Under the pieces are notes generated by a model. That model saw nothing but the letters and a program-made list of their open reading frames with translations. It was not told the DNA's origin and did no database searches. Positions 1-8,509 of a DNA stretch of 64,000 nucleotides are shown in pieces. Made by a program: the position numbers and the translations under genes. Origin of the DNA: an uncultured Flavobacteriales bacterium. GTDB taxonomy: Bacteria; Bacteroidota; Bacteroidia; Flavobacteriales; TMED113. The stretch lies in contig CAYSYA010000002.1 of assembly GCA_964435285.1 (NCBI GenBank), positions 129,135 through 193,134 of the forward strand, given 5' to 3'. The number at the start of each line of letters is the position of its first letter. Position 1 is the stretch's first letter.

Positions 1-137
1 TTTGAAATTATGTAAACATCTTTTTTTGATTTCTTAATTAGGTTAAGTACTAACCTTAAAGCAGTTCTTTTTCCAATTCCTGGCATAGAAGAAAGTGCAT
101 TAACTGCATTTTCTATTAACTTTGAAGAAAAATTCAT
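1..137 (-). CDS. recR: Recombination protein RecR, N-terminal part (truncated by window edge; not in ORF track)
   Basis: Manual minus-strand translation from ATG at 137 gives MNFSSKLIENAVNALSSMPGIGKRTALRLVLNL, the RecR helix-hairpin-helix motif (LPGIG.K.A.RL). Confidence 0.9.
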   Translation of the reverse strand, partial: MNFSSKLIENAVNALSSMPGIGKRTALRLVLNLIKKSKKDVYIIS

Positions 138-142
138 ATTAT

Positions 143-150
143 CAAAAATA
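143..150 (-). promoter_or_regulatory. Bacteroidota -7 promoter element (TATTTTTG), 5 nt upstream of recR ATG
   Basis: Matches TAnnTTTG consensus on the minus strand; no clear -33 element seen. Confidence 0.45.
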
Positions 151-197
151 ATCAAACTAATATTAAATACTTCTTGTATGCATAATTTTATTTTTTC

Positions 198-1655
198 ATG
201 ACCGAGTTATTAACAATATTAATAATAGTATTGTATTTTACCTTTTTGTTTTTAATTTCTAAATGGACTAAAGGCAGTGAGGATAACGATACCTTTTTTT
301 TAGGTAAAAGAAGTTCTCCATGGTATATTGTTGCTTATGGTATGGTGGGAGTTTCATTATCAGGAATTACCTTTTTGTCAGTGCCGGGTTGGGTTAAAAC
401 TCAGGAGTTTTATTATATGCAAATGGTATTAGGATTTGTACCTGGCTATATTTTTGTTGCTTATATACTGATGCCTATATATTATAAAATGAAAGTTTAT
501 TCAATATATGAATATTTAAAAGATAGATTTGGATATTTTTCTCATAAATCTGGTGCTTTTTTTTTCTTTTTATCAAGAACTCTAGGAGCTTCTTTGAGAT
601 TGTTTTTAGTTGCAAAAGTTCTAGATTTATTATTTTTCAGTTCATTTAATATCCCTTTTTTTGTTACATCTTTACTTACAATTTTCTTTATATGGGTATA
701 TACTCATAAAGGAGGAATAAAAACAATTATTTGGACTGATACATTACAAACTACGTTTATGCTCTTAACTGTTGTCATTTGTATTTATGTAATTTTTAAA
801 GACTTAGGATTCGAATCAATTATTCAAAGTATTGAACAAAATAAATTGGATTTAAACTTTTTTTTGTTTGACGATTTTAATGACAATAGGCATTTTATAA
901 GATATTTTCTTTCTGGTATGTTTATTTCAATTGCAATGACAGGTCTAGACCAAGATATGATGCAAAAAAATTTATCATGTAAAAATATTAAAGAAGCGCA
1001 ACGAAATATGGTTTGCTTTAGTTTGGTATTAGTCTTTGTGAACTTACTTTTTTTGTATTTAGGTTCTCTTTTGTATGAATTTGCCTCTGTTAATAATATA
1101 ATTAGTGATGGAGATAATTTATTTGTTGAAATTATAAAAAGTGAAAAATTAGGAGTTTTTGTTTTTATAACTTTTTTACTTGGTTTAATGAGTGCGGCTT
1201 ACTCAAGTGCAGATTCAGCTTTAACTTCATTGACTACTTCTTTCTGTATTGATTTTTTAGAAATGGATACAAATAAGCCTAATAAAACAAATATTTTAAA
1301 ACGAAAAAAAGTTCATATTTTTATCTCTTTTCTTCTGTTATGTATAATACTTTTGGTTCATTATCTAAATGATGACAATATTATATCAACATTATTCACT
1401 TTAGCTTCATACACTTATGGGCCTTTATTAGGTTTGTTCTTTTTTGGTATTTTTACAAAAAGAAATATAAATGACCACTATGTTCCATTTGTGGTTATTT
1501 TTTCTCCTTTATTAACATACATAATCAGTACATACGATGAGTTATTAATTAGGTTTAACTTTGGTTATGAGCTATTAATCATTAATGGCTTGATTACATT
1601 TATTTGTTTATTTCTTATTAGTAAACCTAAGTCCTTCCTTTTTGATCTAGAATAG
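198..1655 (+). CDS. Sodium:solute symporter (SSS) family protein
   Basis: 485 aa, about 13 hydrophobic segments; motifs FFLGKR..PW, SGITFLSVPG, GGIKTIIWTDTLQ, GLDQDMMQKNL, SSADSAL. Confidence 0.9.
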   Translation: MTELLTILIIVLYFTFLFLISKWTKGSEDNDTFFLGKRSSPWYIVAYGMVGVSLSGITFLSVPGWVKTQEFYYMQMVLGFVPGYIFVAYILMPIYYKMKVYSIYEYLKDRFGYFSHKSGAFFFFLSRTLGASLRLFLVAKVLDLLFFSSFNIPFFVTSLLTIFFIWVYTHKGGIKTIIWTDTLQTTFMLLTVVICIYVIFKDLGFESIIQSIEQNKLDLNFFLFDDFNDNRHFIRYFLSGMFISIAMTGLDQDMMQKNLSCKNIKEAQRNMVCFSLVLVFVNLLFLYLGSLLYEFASVNNIISDGDNLFVEIIKSEKLGVFVFITFLLGLMSAAYSSADSALTSLTTSFCIDFLEMDTNKPNKTNILKRKKVHIFISFLLLCIILLVHYLNDDNIISTLFTLASYTYGPLLGLFFFGIFTKRNINDHYVPFVVIFSPLLTYIISTYDELLIRFNFGYELLIINGLITFICLFLISKPKSFLFDLE

Positions 1656-2343
1656 TCGTGTTTTTTTTCATATTTCTTAAAATTAAAGTAACTAAAACAG
1701 AAATTAAAAAAATTATGCATAGGTTTTTATCAATTATATTATCAGAATCTAACTTAAAATTAATCAATATGTCTATGTAGAAAAAAGAAAATATTGTAGC
1801 TAAAAATGATGAGTATTCTCTTTTTAAAACTGTCTTAAATGAAAAAGAATATTCATCTTTTTGATAATTAAAAATAGATGGAAAAAAACGAGGAGTTTTA
1901 TTTTTCCAATTCAAAAAATTATTCCCGAACTTTTTTAAAAGATATTTTTCTTCAGTTTTTACTATTTCACCATAGTAAATAAAAAAGAAAATACTTATTA
2001 AAATTGTATAATAAGTATTTAACGAATAAATAGACAGCCCCAACCATATTAAATAGTTTCCAAAGTATAATGGATTTCTAGAAATTGAATAAATTCCTTT
2101 TGTATTTAATTTTTTAGCAATTTGTTTTTTTCTATTTCTTCCAGATGTTCCCCCAGGAGTATTTCCAACGGTATAAATCCTGATAATCATTCCTAAAAAA
2201 CTAAATAAAAAAGAAACAATTTTATTCTTTTCAATAACAGAGCTAGTGAATTGTGAATAGTCGTTATATAAAATAAAAGGAATAATCAATAAAAATAAAA
2301 TTATTGGAATTTGTCCTCTATATTTAAATAAATAATCTCCCAT
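1627..2343 (-). CDS. ICMT/PEMT-family membrane methyltransferase, LmtA-like (lipid A phosphate methyltransferase) candidate
   Basis: TM protein with GIYSISRNPLYFGN, E..L...FG..F..W....PRFFP (ICMT signature) and GTSGRN motif; 3' end overlaps the SSS gene by 29 nt. Confidence 0.7.
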   Translation of the reverse strand: MGDYLFKYRGQIPIILFLLIIPFILYNDYSQFTSSVIEKNKIVSFLFSFLGMIIRIYTVGNTPGGTSGRNRKKQIAKKLNTKGIYSISRNPLYFGNYLIWLGLSIYSLNTYYTILISIFFFIYYGEIVKTEEKYLLKKFGNNFLNWKNKTPRFFPSIFNYQKDEYSFSFKTVLKREYSSFLATIFSFFYIDILINFKLDSDNIIDKNLCIIFLISVLVTLILRNMKKNTTILDQKGRT

Positions 2344-2361
2344 ATTTTTTAATTTTACCTT

Positions 2362-2949
2362 ATGTGTAAATTTATATTATTTTTAATATTTCCATTAATT
2401 ACTTTATCTCAATATTTAAATTACGATTATTCAGTTACATTTGGTAATCATGTTATAGCGATTAATGAAATTAATTATGATTTTCAAGAGGGTGATATTT
2501 TAGGTTGTTTTTTTGTTAACGTTAATGGACAATTGCAGTGCTGTGGTTCAACAATTTATAACAATGAAAAAGTTACTTACATTTCTGCATGGCCTGATGA
2601 TTTTTTAACTGATTATCAAGAAGGTTTTATAGATGGAGATGAATTGATAATTGGTATGTATTTATGCGATAATTATGACTATATGTCTTCATCTTTCAAT
2701 TCTTTAAATTCTGATTTTTCAGTAATTCACTCTGAAGTTTTTTATGTTGCAAATGGAATAAGTCAAATTAATATTGATTTGTTATCTTCTCCAGATTGTA
2801 ACATTTCATTACAAGAAAAAAATATTAATAGAAAAATGACAGGATTTGTTGATATTTTAGGTCAGTTAACAGATAGGGGTAGGGCTAAAAATTTATATTT
2901 TATTTTATATGATGATGGTAGTGTTGAAAAAAAGTTTATTAATAGATAA
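2362..2949 (+). CDS. Secreted hypothetical protein with short CTD-like tail
   Basis: Signal-peptide-like N terminus (LIFPLITLS-Q); acidic Cys-containing core; C-terminal VDILG...YDDGSVEKK tail shared with two other ORFs in the window. Confidence 0.75.
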   Translation: MCKFILFLIFPLITLSQYLNYDYSVTFGNHVIAINEINYDFQEGDILGCFFVNVNGQLQCCGSTIYNNEKVTYISAWPDDFLTDYQEGFIDGDELIIGMYLCDNYDYMSSSFNSLNSDFSVIHSEVFYVANGISQINIDLLSSPDCNISLQEKNINRKMTGFVDILGQLTDRGRAKNLYFILYDDGSVEKKFINR

Positions 2950-3028
2950 AAAATATCTAATTATTATCTGATAATTAAATTTTATTTCATTATATTCACC
3001 AAGAATAATAACTAAAAAAATTAAGATT

Positions 3029-3223
3029 ATGGGATATTCACATAAAAATAGTAAAGGAGTAACTTACTATTTACACTCAAAAGATGTAACTCTAAGAGGA
3101 GGAAGAAATCAAACAATTTATTATTTTGCTAGAGACGAAAGATCTAATTCTTGCGATCTTCCAGCTGGTAAGCAAGTTGTTGAAAGTTCAAGAACTGGAC
3201 TTCCTCTAGTTAAAAAAGCATAA
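3029..3223 (+). CDS. 64-aa basic conserved-looking hypothetical microprotein
   Basis: Not overlapped by another ORF; 63/195 GC (32%, hand count) above background; A-rich translation initiation region; followed by an intrinsic terminator. Confidence 0.8.
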   Translation: MGYSHKNSKGVTYYLHSKDVTLRGGRNQTIYYFARDERSNSCDLPAGKQVVESSRTGLPLVKKA

Positions 3224-3240
3224 GTAAAATTACTTATGAT

Positions 3241-3275
3241 AAAAAAAAGGGACTTTTTTGGTCCCTTTTTTTTTT
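3241..3275. terminator. Bidirectional rho-independent terminator
   Basis: A8-GGGAC-TTTTTTG-GTCCC-T10 between convergent genes (3029-3223 + and 3283-5727 -). Confidence 0.85.
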
Positions 3276-3282
3276 GGTTTTT

Positions 3283-5727
3283 TTAATTAAAGTTTGAATC
3301 ATCAATCCCTTCATTAATAATAACTTCATTTAAAATAGCTTTTATTATTTGACTTCCTTGTTCAGTAATTACTGAAATAGAAGTGTTTTTAGGTAAAGTA
3401 AGATTTTTAAAGCTAGTGTAGTTTGAATACTCTATAATATTTTGCATTCCATCTTTTTGAAAGACTTCCTTTACAAGGTGTCCTGACTTAGTACTAAAAA
3501 ACATACTTTTTTTATCACCTTGTTTGTTAGTTCTAATTACTTTATATGTATCTACTCCATTAATTACTTCAATCTCTTTTAATTCAAACTTATTTCCCAA
3601 CTCGTCTCTAGAAAGAATAGGGTACAACAAAAAATTTTCAATTTCTTTTTCGATGTCAGCTGAAGAAAGTACTCTTTCTCCTTGCATTCCAGACATTGAT
3701 GCCTCAGAACCATTATATTTCATTCCCTGTAATTCTCCTAACATTTTTGCTTTCATACTCATAAAAAAATTATTCGGTTTTTTATAACCCTGAGTTAAAT
3801 TAATTTTCATTGGAGCTCCTTGAATTTCCATTTCAGATTTTAAAATTACGTCACTCCATTGGTTCATATTTTCCTTCCCCCCTAAAGCTTTAATATTATT
3901 TTCAATAATAGATTCAACGGTAACTTTATCGTCGATAACCTTTTTTTCCATGTTTATCATCTCTCCTTGATAATCAAAAAATGTTATTTTATTATCAAAT
4001 GTTTGTAGGTTATTAGATATGTCTTTATTACCAACAACGATAATGTTACAATTATCTGGCTTTATATACTTTTGAGCTACAATGTAAATATCCTTTGCTG
4101 AAACATCATTTAAAGCTTTTAAATAATTTTTGTAATAATTTTTGTCTAAATCATTCATTTTTATATTTAAAGCCAATTGAGCAATTCTAAATGGACTTTC
4201 AAGTGCTCTAGAAAAACTTCCCGTCATGTAATTTTTAATAACATTTAATTCTTTTTCAGTAACTAGTTCTTTTTTCATTTTATTCAATTCATGAATAAAT
4301 TCTACAACAGCACTATCTGTAACTTCATTTCTAACGTCTGCGTATGCTGAAAACTCACCAATATATTTATCAGAGGATATTCTTGACCTTGCTCCATAGG
4401 TATATGCTTTATCTTCCCTTAAATTTTGCATTAATCTACCAGAAAAGACACCACCCCCTAAAATACTATTCATTACTTGACACGTAATTTCATCTTTTGA
4501 CCCTGGTTTTAAAACTATTGGATATGTTACTTTTATTGTTGATTGAACAGCACCTTCTTTATGAACAAAAGCAACTTGATTTTTCTCTGGAGCTGTACAA
4601 TCAATAATTTCTTCCGAGAGAATCTTTTTTTTCTTCCATTTTTTAAAGTATTTATCAGTAATATTTTTAGCTTCTTCTAGTTCAATATCACCTACAATTA
4701 CTAAATATGAAATATTTGGTTTGAAATACTTAGTATAAAGATTTTTTACGTCTTTTAATTCAATGTTATTTATAGTTGTTTCATTTATTAATTCGCCATA
4801 TGGATGATTTTTTCCATAGTTCAATAAATTACTTATGTTATTAGAAATTTGTTGAGAATTACTTTTTTGACTTTCAAGCCCTGATAACATCTGTTTTTTC
4901 GATTTATTAAACTCATTCTTTGAAAAAACAGGATTTATTATAATATCATTTATTAATTCTAATAAGGTTGTTTGATGTTTTTTAAGAGAAGATGCAAAAA
5001 TACCATCAAGACCATTAAAATTAATTGTTGCTCCAATGTAATCTGTTATTTCATCAATTTCTGCTTTACTTTTTGTCTTTGTCCCTGTTCCCATCATCAT
5101 TGAAAGTATGTCTTTTGTGCCAGTTTTTTCTTTTTCTAAAAATGGTATAAAATCAGGGACTAAATAAAATGACACAACAGGTTTTTTATGATTTTCAACT
5201 AGAATAACCTGTAATCCATTTTTTAATTTAAACTCTTGATAATCACCAATTTGAACTTCCGGAGCTATTCCAGCTTTTGGAGCTTTTCTTCTAAATCCAT
5301 GAATTTTTTCCCATTCAACTTTTCCAAGATCTATATTAGTAATGTTTTGATCTAATTTATCTGCAATGACTCCTAAATAATCGTAATTTCTTTTCTTCTT
5401 TTTTGTCTCATTTTTTAGTTGATCTCTTAAACTAATTAGTTTATTGGTATCAATTTTTTTAGATAAATAAATTTCAGAGAGCCAATCTGTCTGAAAATTA
5501 AAATTATTTATATGTTGACTTATAACGTTTTCAATACATTGCCAACCTTCAGCATTAAATCCTTTTTGATACTCATATTTTCTACTATTTTCTTTCTTCA
5601 CCTTCTTTTTTTCTGTGAATTGTAAACAAGATTTAATTTCCTCAATGATAATTTTTGAATTGTTAGTTTTTTCTTGACTGTATGTATAAAGTGTGATAAA
5701 ACTTAAAACAAATAATAATTTTTTCAT
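3283..5727 (-). CDS. M16 (pitrilysin) family peptidase, non-catalytic subunit with C-terminal extra (LolA-like) domain and N-terminal insertion
   Basis: KLKNGLQVILVEN, GGGVFSGRLMQNLREDKAYTYG; lacks HxxEH; signal peptide; downstream of the catalytic partner. Confidence 0.85.
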   Translation of the reverse strand: MKKLLFVLSFITLYTYSQEKTNNSKIIIEEIKSCLQFTEKKKVKKENSRKYEYQKGFNAEGWQCIENVISQHINNFNFQTDWLSEIYLSKKIDTNKLISLRDQLKNETKKKKRNYDYLGVIADKLDQNITNIDLGKVEWEKIHGFRRKAPKAGIAPEVQIGDYQEFKLKNGLQVILVENHKKPVVSFYLVPDFIPFLEKEKTGTKDILSMMMGTGTKTKSKAEIDEITDYIGATINFNGLDGIFASSLKKHQTTLLELINDIIINPVFSKNEFNKSKKQMLSGLESQKSNSQQISNNISNLLNYGKNHPYGELINETTINNIELKDVKNLYTKYFKPNISYLVIVGDIELEEAKNITDKYFKKWKKKKILSEEIIDCTAPEKNQVAFVHKEGAVQSTIKVTYPIVLKPGSKDEITCQVMNSILGGGVFSGRLMQNLREDKAYTYGARSRISSDKYIGEFSAYADVRNEVTDSAVVEFIHELNKMKKELVTEKELNVIKNYMTGSFSRALESPFRIAQLALNIKMNDLDKNYYKNYLKALNDVSAKDIYIVAQKYIKPDNCNIIVVGNKDISNNLQTFDNKITFFDYQGEMINMEKKVIDDKVTVESIIENNIKALGGKENMNQWSDVILKSEMEIQGAPMKINLTQGYKKPNNFFMSMKAKMLGELQGMKYNGSEASMSGMQGERVLSSADIEKEIENFLLYPILSRDELGNKFELKEIEVINGVDTYKVIRTNKQGDKKSMFFSTKSGHLVKEVFQKDGMQNIIEYSNYTSFKNLTLPKNTSISVITEQGSQIIKAILNEVIINEGIDDSNFN

Positions 5728-5738
5728 AATTAGTTTTT

Positions 5739-7046
5739 TTATTTTTTAGGTAAATAATAGAGGGCAACTCTATTTTCTTTAGTATAGTATTTTTTGGCAG
5801 CATTCATTATGTCTTCTTTTGTCACTGCTAAATATTTATTTATTTCATTATTAATTAAATTTGCATCACCAAAGAATAAATGATAATTAGCCAAACTTTC
5901 TGCAACTCCATCCATTCTTGAATTAGAATTTATAAAATCACTCTCTATTTGATTTTTAAGTTTTTCTAATTCTTTGTCAGAAATCAGAGTAGATTTCAGT
6001 TTTTCATATTCAATGTCCATTAATTGTTCTATTTCTTTAGGATTTTCTCCAGAGTTGGCCATTGCAAAAGCTAAGGTTAAACCAGGATCTTCAAGATTAA
6101 AAGTAAAAGCTCCAGCGTACACACACTTTTGACTTTTTTCTACTAATTCAACATTAAGCCTTGAACTATTTCCATCAGATAATAATTTATTCAACATGTC
6201 TACAGCATAAAATTCTTTGGTTCCTTGAGCAGGTATACTAAATCCATGAATTACTGCATCTAGTTGAATATTATCATATATGGTATCTCTTATTTCTTTA
6301 TTTTTTTTTGATTCAGTTATTTTAGGTCTTGGAATTTCATGATTTCCTTTTGGAATACTATTAAAATATTTGTTAACTAATTGAGTTGTTAGTTCTATAT
6401 TTATATCCCCAGCAATTGATAAAACTGCATTATTTGGCACATAAAATGTTTCATAAAATTCCATAAATTCTTCTTCTGTAGCGCTATCTATATGATCCAT
6501 TGATCCTATTACTGTCCATCTATAGGGATGTTCTAAATAAGCTCTTTTCATCATTTCCTCAATCATTGTTCCGTATGGTTGATTATCAACTCTTTGTCTT
6601 TTTTCTTCTTTAACTACTTCTCTTTGAGTTTCAATACCAATTGGCTCAATTTTAGCATGTAACATTCTTTCAGATTCTAGCCATAAACCTAATTCGAGTT
6701 GATTAGATGGAAGAACTTCGTGGTAATATGTTTTGTCATTAGAAGTATATGCATTGTTTGATCCGCCAGAATTTTCTATGTAATCATCAAATTCCCCCCT
6801 GGCGATATTTTCTGACCCCTCAAATAATAAATGTTCAAAGAAATGAGCCATACCAGTTCTTTCTGGATTTTCATTTTTTGACCCAACATGATACATAACT
6901 GAAATTGCTACAATTGGAGTTGAGTTGTCTTCATGTAAAATAACGTGAAGTCCATTATTCAATGTAAATTCTGTGAATTCAATTGGTTTAATTTGAGAAT
7001 AGCTAAAACTTATTGAAAAAATTAAAAAGAAAATGAAATTTTTCAT
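5739..7046 (-). CDS. M16 family zinc peptidase, catalytic subunit
   Basis: YHVGSKNE..ERTGMAHFFEHL (HxxEH), NAYTS.DKT.Y, distal E in LESERM; signal peptide. Confidence 0.93.
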   Translation of the reverse strand: MKNFIFFLIFSISFSYSQIKPIEFTEFTLNNGLHVILHEDNSTPIVAISVMYHVGSKNENPERTGMAHFFEHLLFEGSENIARGEFDDYIENSGGSNNAYTSNDKTYYHEVLPSNQLELGLWLESERMLHAKIEPIGIETQREVVKEEKRQRVDNQPYGTMIEEMMKRAYLEHPYRWTVIGSMDHIDSATEEEFMEFYETFYVPNNAVLSIAGDINIELTTQLVNKYFNSIPKGNHEIPRPKITESKKNKEIRDTIYDNIQLDAVIHGFSIPAQGTKEFYAVDMLNKLLSDGNSSRLNVELVEKSQKCVYAGAFTFNLEDPGLTLAFAMANSGENPKEIEQLMDIEYEKLKSTLISDKELEKLKNQIESDFINSNSRMDGVAESLANYHLFFGDANLINNEINKYLAVTKEDIMNAAKKYYTKENRVALYYLPKK

Positions 7047-7084
7047 AATGATTTTTATTTAAATTAATCTGATAATTGGGTGAG

Positions 7085-7092
7085 CAAATATA
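7085..7092 (-). promoter_or_regulatory. -7 promoter element (TATATTTG) for the M16 operon
   Basis: caaatata on + strand, 38 nt upstream of ATG at 7046. Confidence 0.5.
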
Positions 7093-7141
7093 AAAATATT
7101 ATCGATATTTGTTTTGGTTATTAATATAATTTTAATATAAA

Positions 7142-8509
7142 TTGTCTAGAAAAAATTTTTCATTAAGTGGTATGCCTGACTTTTCTTCTTCTGAGGTTAA
7201 GAAGAGAGAATATGTTTTTTCTATAATGAAAATAATATTTGAGAAATATGGTTTTTCTCCACTTGAAACACCTGCTATTGAAAAAAGAGAGACATTAATT
7301 GGTAATTATGGATCTGAAGGAGATAAATTAGTGTATCAGTTACTTAAAAGTGGAAATTTTATCTCAAAGGTTGATGAAAAAAAAATATTAAGTAAGGATG
7401 TTAATTTTATTGCTTCTCTAGTTTCTGACAAAGCTTTAAGATATGATTTAACTATACCTTTTGCTAGATATATATCATCTAACCAAGCTAATATTACATT
7501 GCCTTTTAAACGATATCAAATTCAAAAAGTATGGCGTGCAGACAGACCTCAAAAGGGAAGGTTAAGAGAGTTTACTCAGTGTGATATTGATGTTATTGGA
7601 AGTCAGTCTATTTGGCTAGAATCTGACCTAATTAAAATCTGTGATGAAGTGTTTATGTCTTTAAATCTAAAAAACGTAGTTTTAAAACTAAACAATAGAA
7701 AAATTTTAGAAGGATTATATGAATATTTAACACCAAAATTTTCTTTTATTGAATTTTGTATTTCATTAGATAAAATTGAAAAGTCTGGAATTGATGTTTT
7801 TTTGTCTTTTTTAGAAAAAAATATGGTCTCAAAAAAGAGTATTTCTATATTTAAAAGTTTATTTAGTAAATCTATTTCATCTAAAGACTTTAAATCACAA
7901 TTCTCAAGTTTATTTAATTTTAAAAACCAATTAATAGAAGAAGGTAAAAATGAAGTTTATAATCTTCTTGCAAAAATATCTGGATTAAAAAATTTAACAA
8001 TTGAAATTGATTTCTCATTAGCAAGGGGACTTGATTATTATACAGGAATGATATTTGAAATTAAATCCAATGATATAAATATTGGAAGTATTGGTGGGGG
8101 AGGTAGATATGATAAATTAACTACTTTATTTGGTAATAATGTTGGTAGTGGAGTTGGTTTATCTTTTGGAGTGGAAAGAATTTTAATTTGTTTAAATGAA
8201 TTAAATCTGTTTCCAAATGATTTAGATTTCTCACTTGATGTTTTATTTGTTAATTTGGGAGAAAGAGAAGCAATTTTGTCTCAATCTTATATTGACAGTT
8301 TAAGAAATAGTGGGATAAAATGTGAACTTTATCCGGATAATGTAAAACTAAAAAAGCAAATGTCATATGCTAATAAGAAAAACATTGATTTTGTTGCTTT
8401 GATTGGAGAAGATGAATTAAAAACTAATAAAATAACCCTCAAAAATATGATTAATGGTTCTCAGGAAATTATTTCTGTAGAGGAAATGATAAAAAAAATA
8501 AAAAAATGA
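7142..8509 (+). CDS. hisS: Histidine--tRNA ligase
   Basis: TTG start; LRYDLTIPFARY, WRADRPQKGRLREFTQCDID, LARGLDYYTG, GGGRYD, C-terminal anticodon-binding domain. Confidence 0.96.
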   Translation: MSRKNFSLSGMPDFSSSEVKKREYVFSIMKIIFEKYGFSPLETPAIEKRETLIGNYGSEGDKLVYQLLKSGNFISKVDEKKILSKDVNFIASLVSDKALRYDLTIPFARYISSNQANITLPFKRYQIQKVWRADRPQKGRLREFTQCDIDVIGSQSIWLESDLIKICDEVFMSLNLKNVVLKLNNRKILEGLYEYLTPKFSFIEFCISLDKIEKSGIDVFLSFLEKNMVSKKSISIFKSLFSKSISSKDFKSQFSSLFNFKNQLIEEGKNEVYNLLAKISGLKNLTIEIDFSLARGLDYYTGMIFEIKSNDINIGSIGGGGRYDKLTTLFGNNVGSGVGLSFGVERILICLNELNLFPNDLDFSLDVLFVNLGEREAILSQSYIDSLRNSGIKCELYPDNVKLKKQMSYANKKNIDFVALIGEDELKTNKITLKNMINGSQEIISVEEMIKKIKK

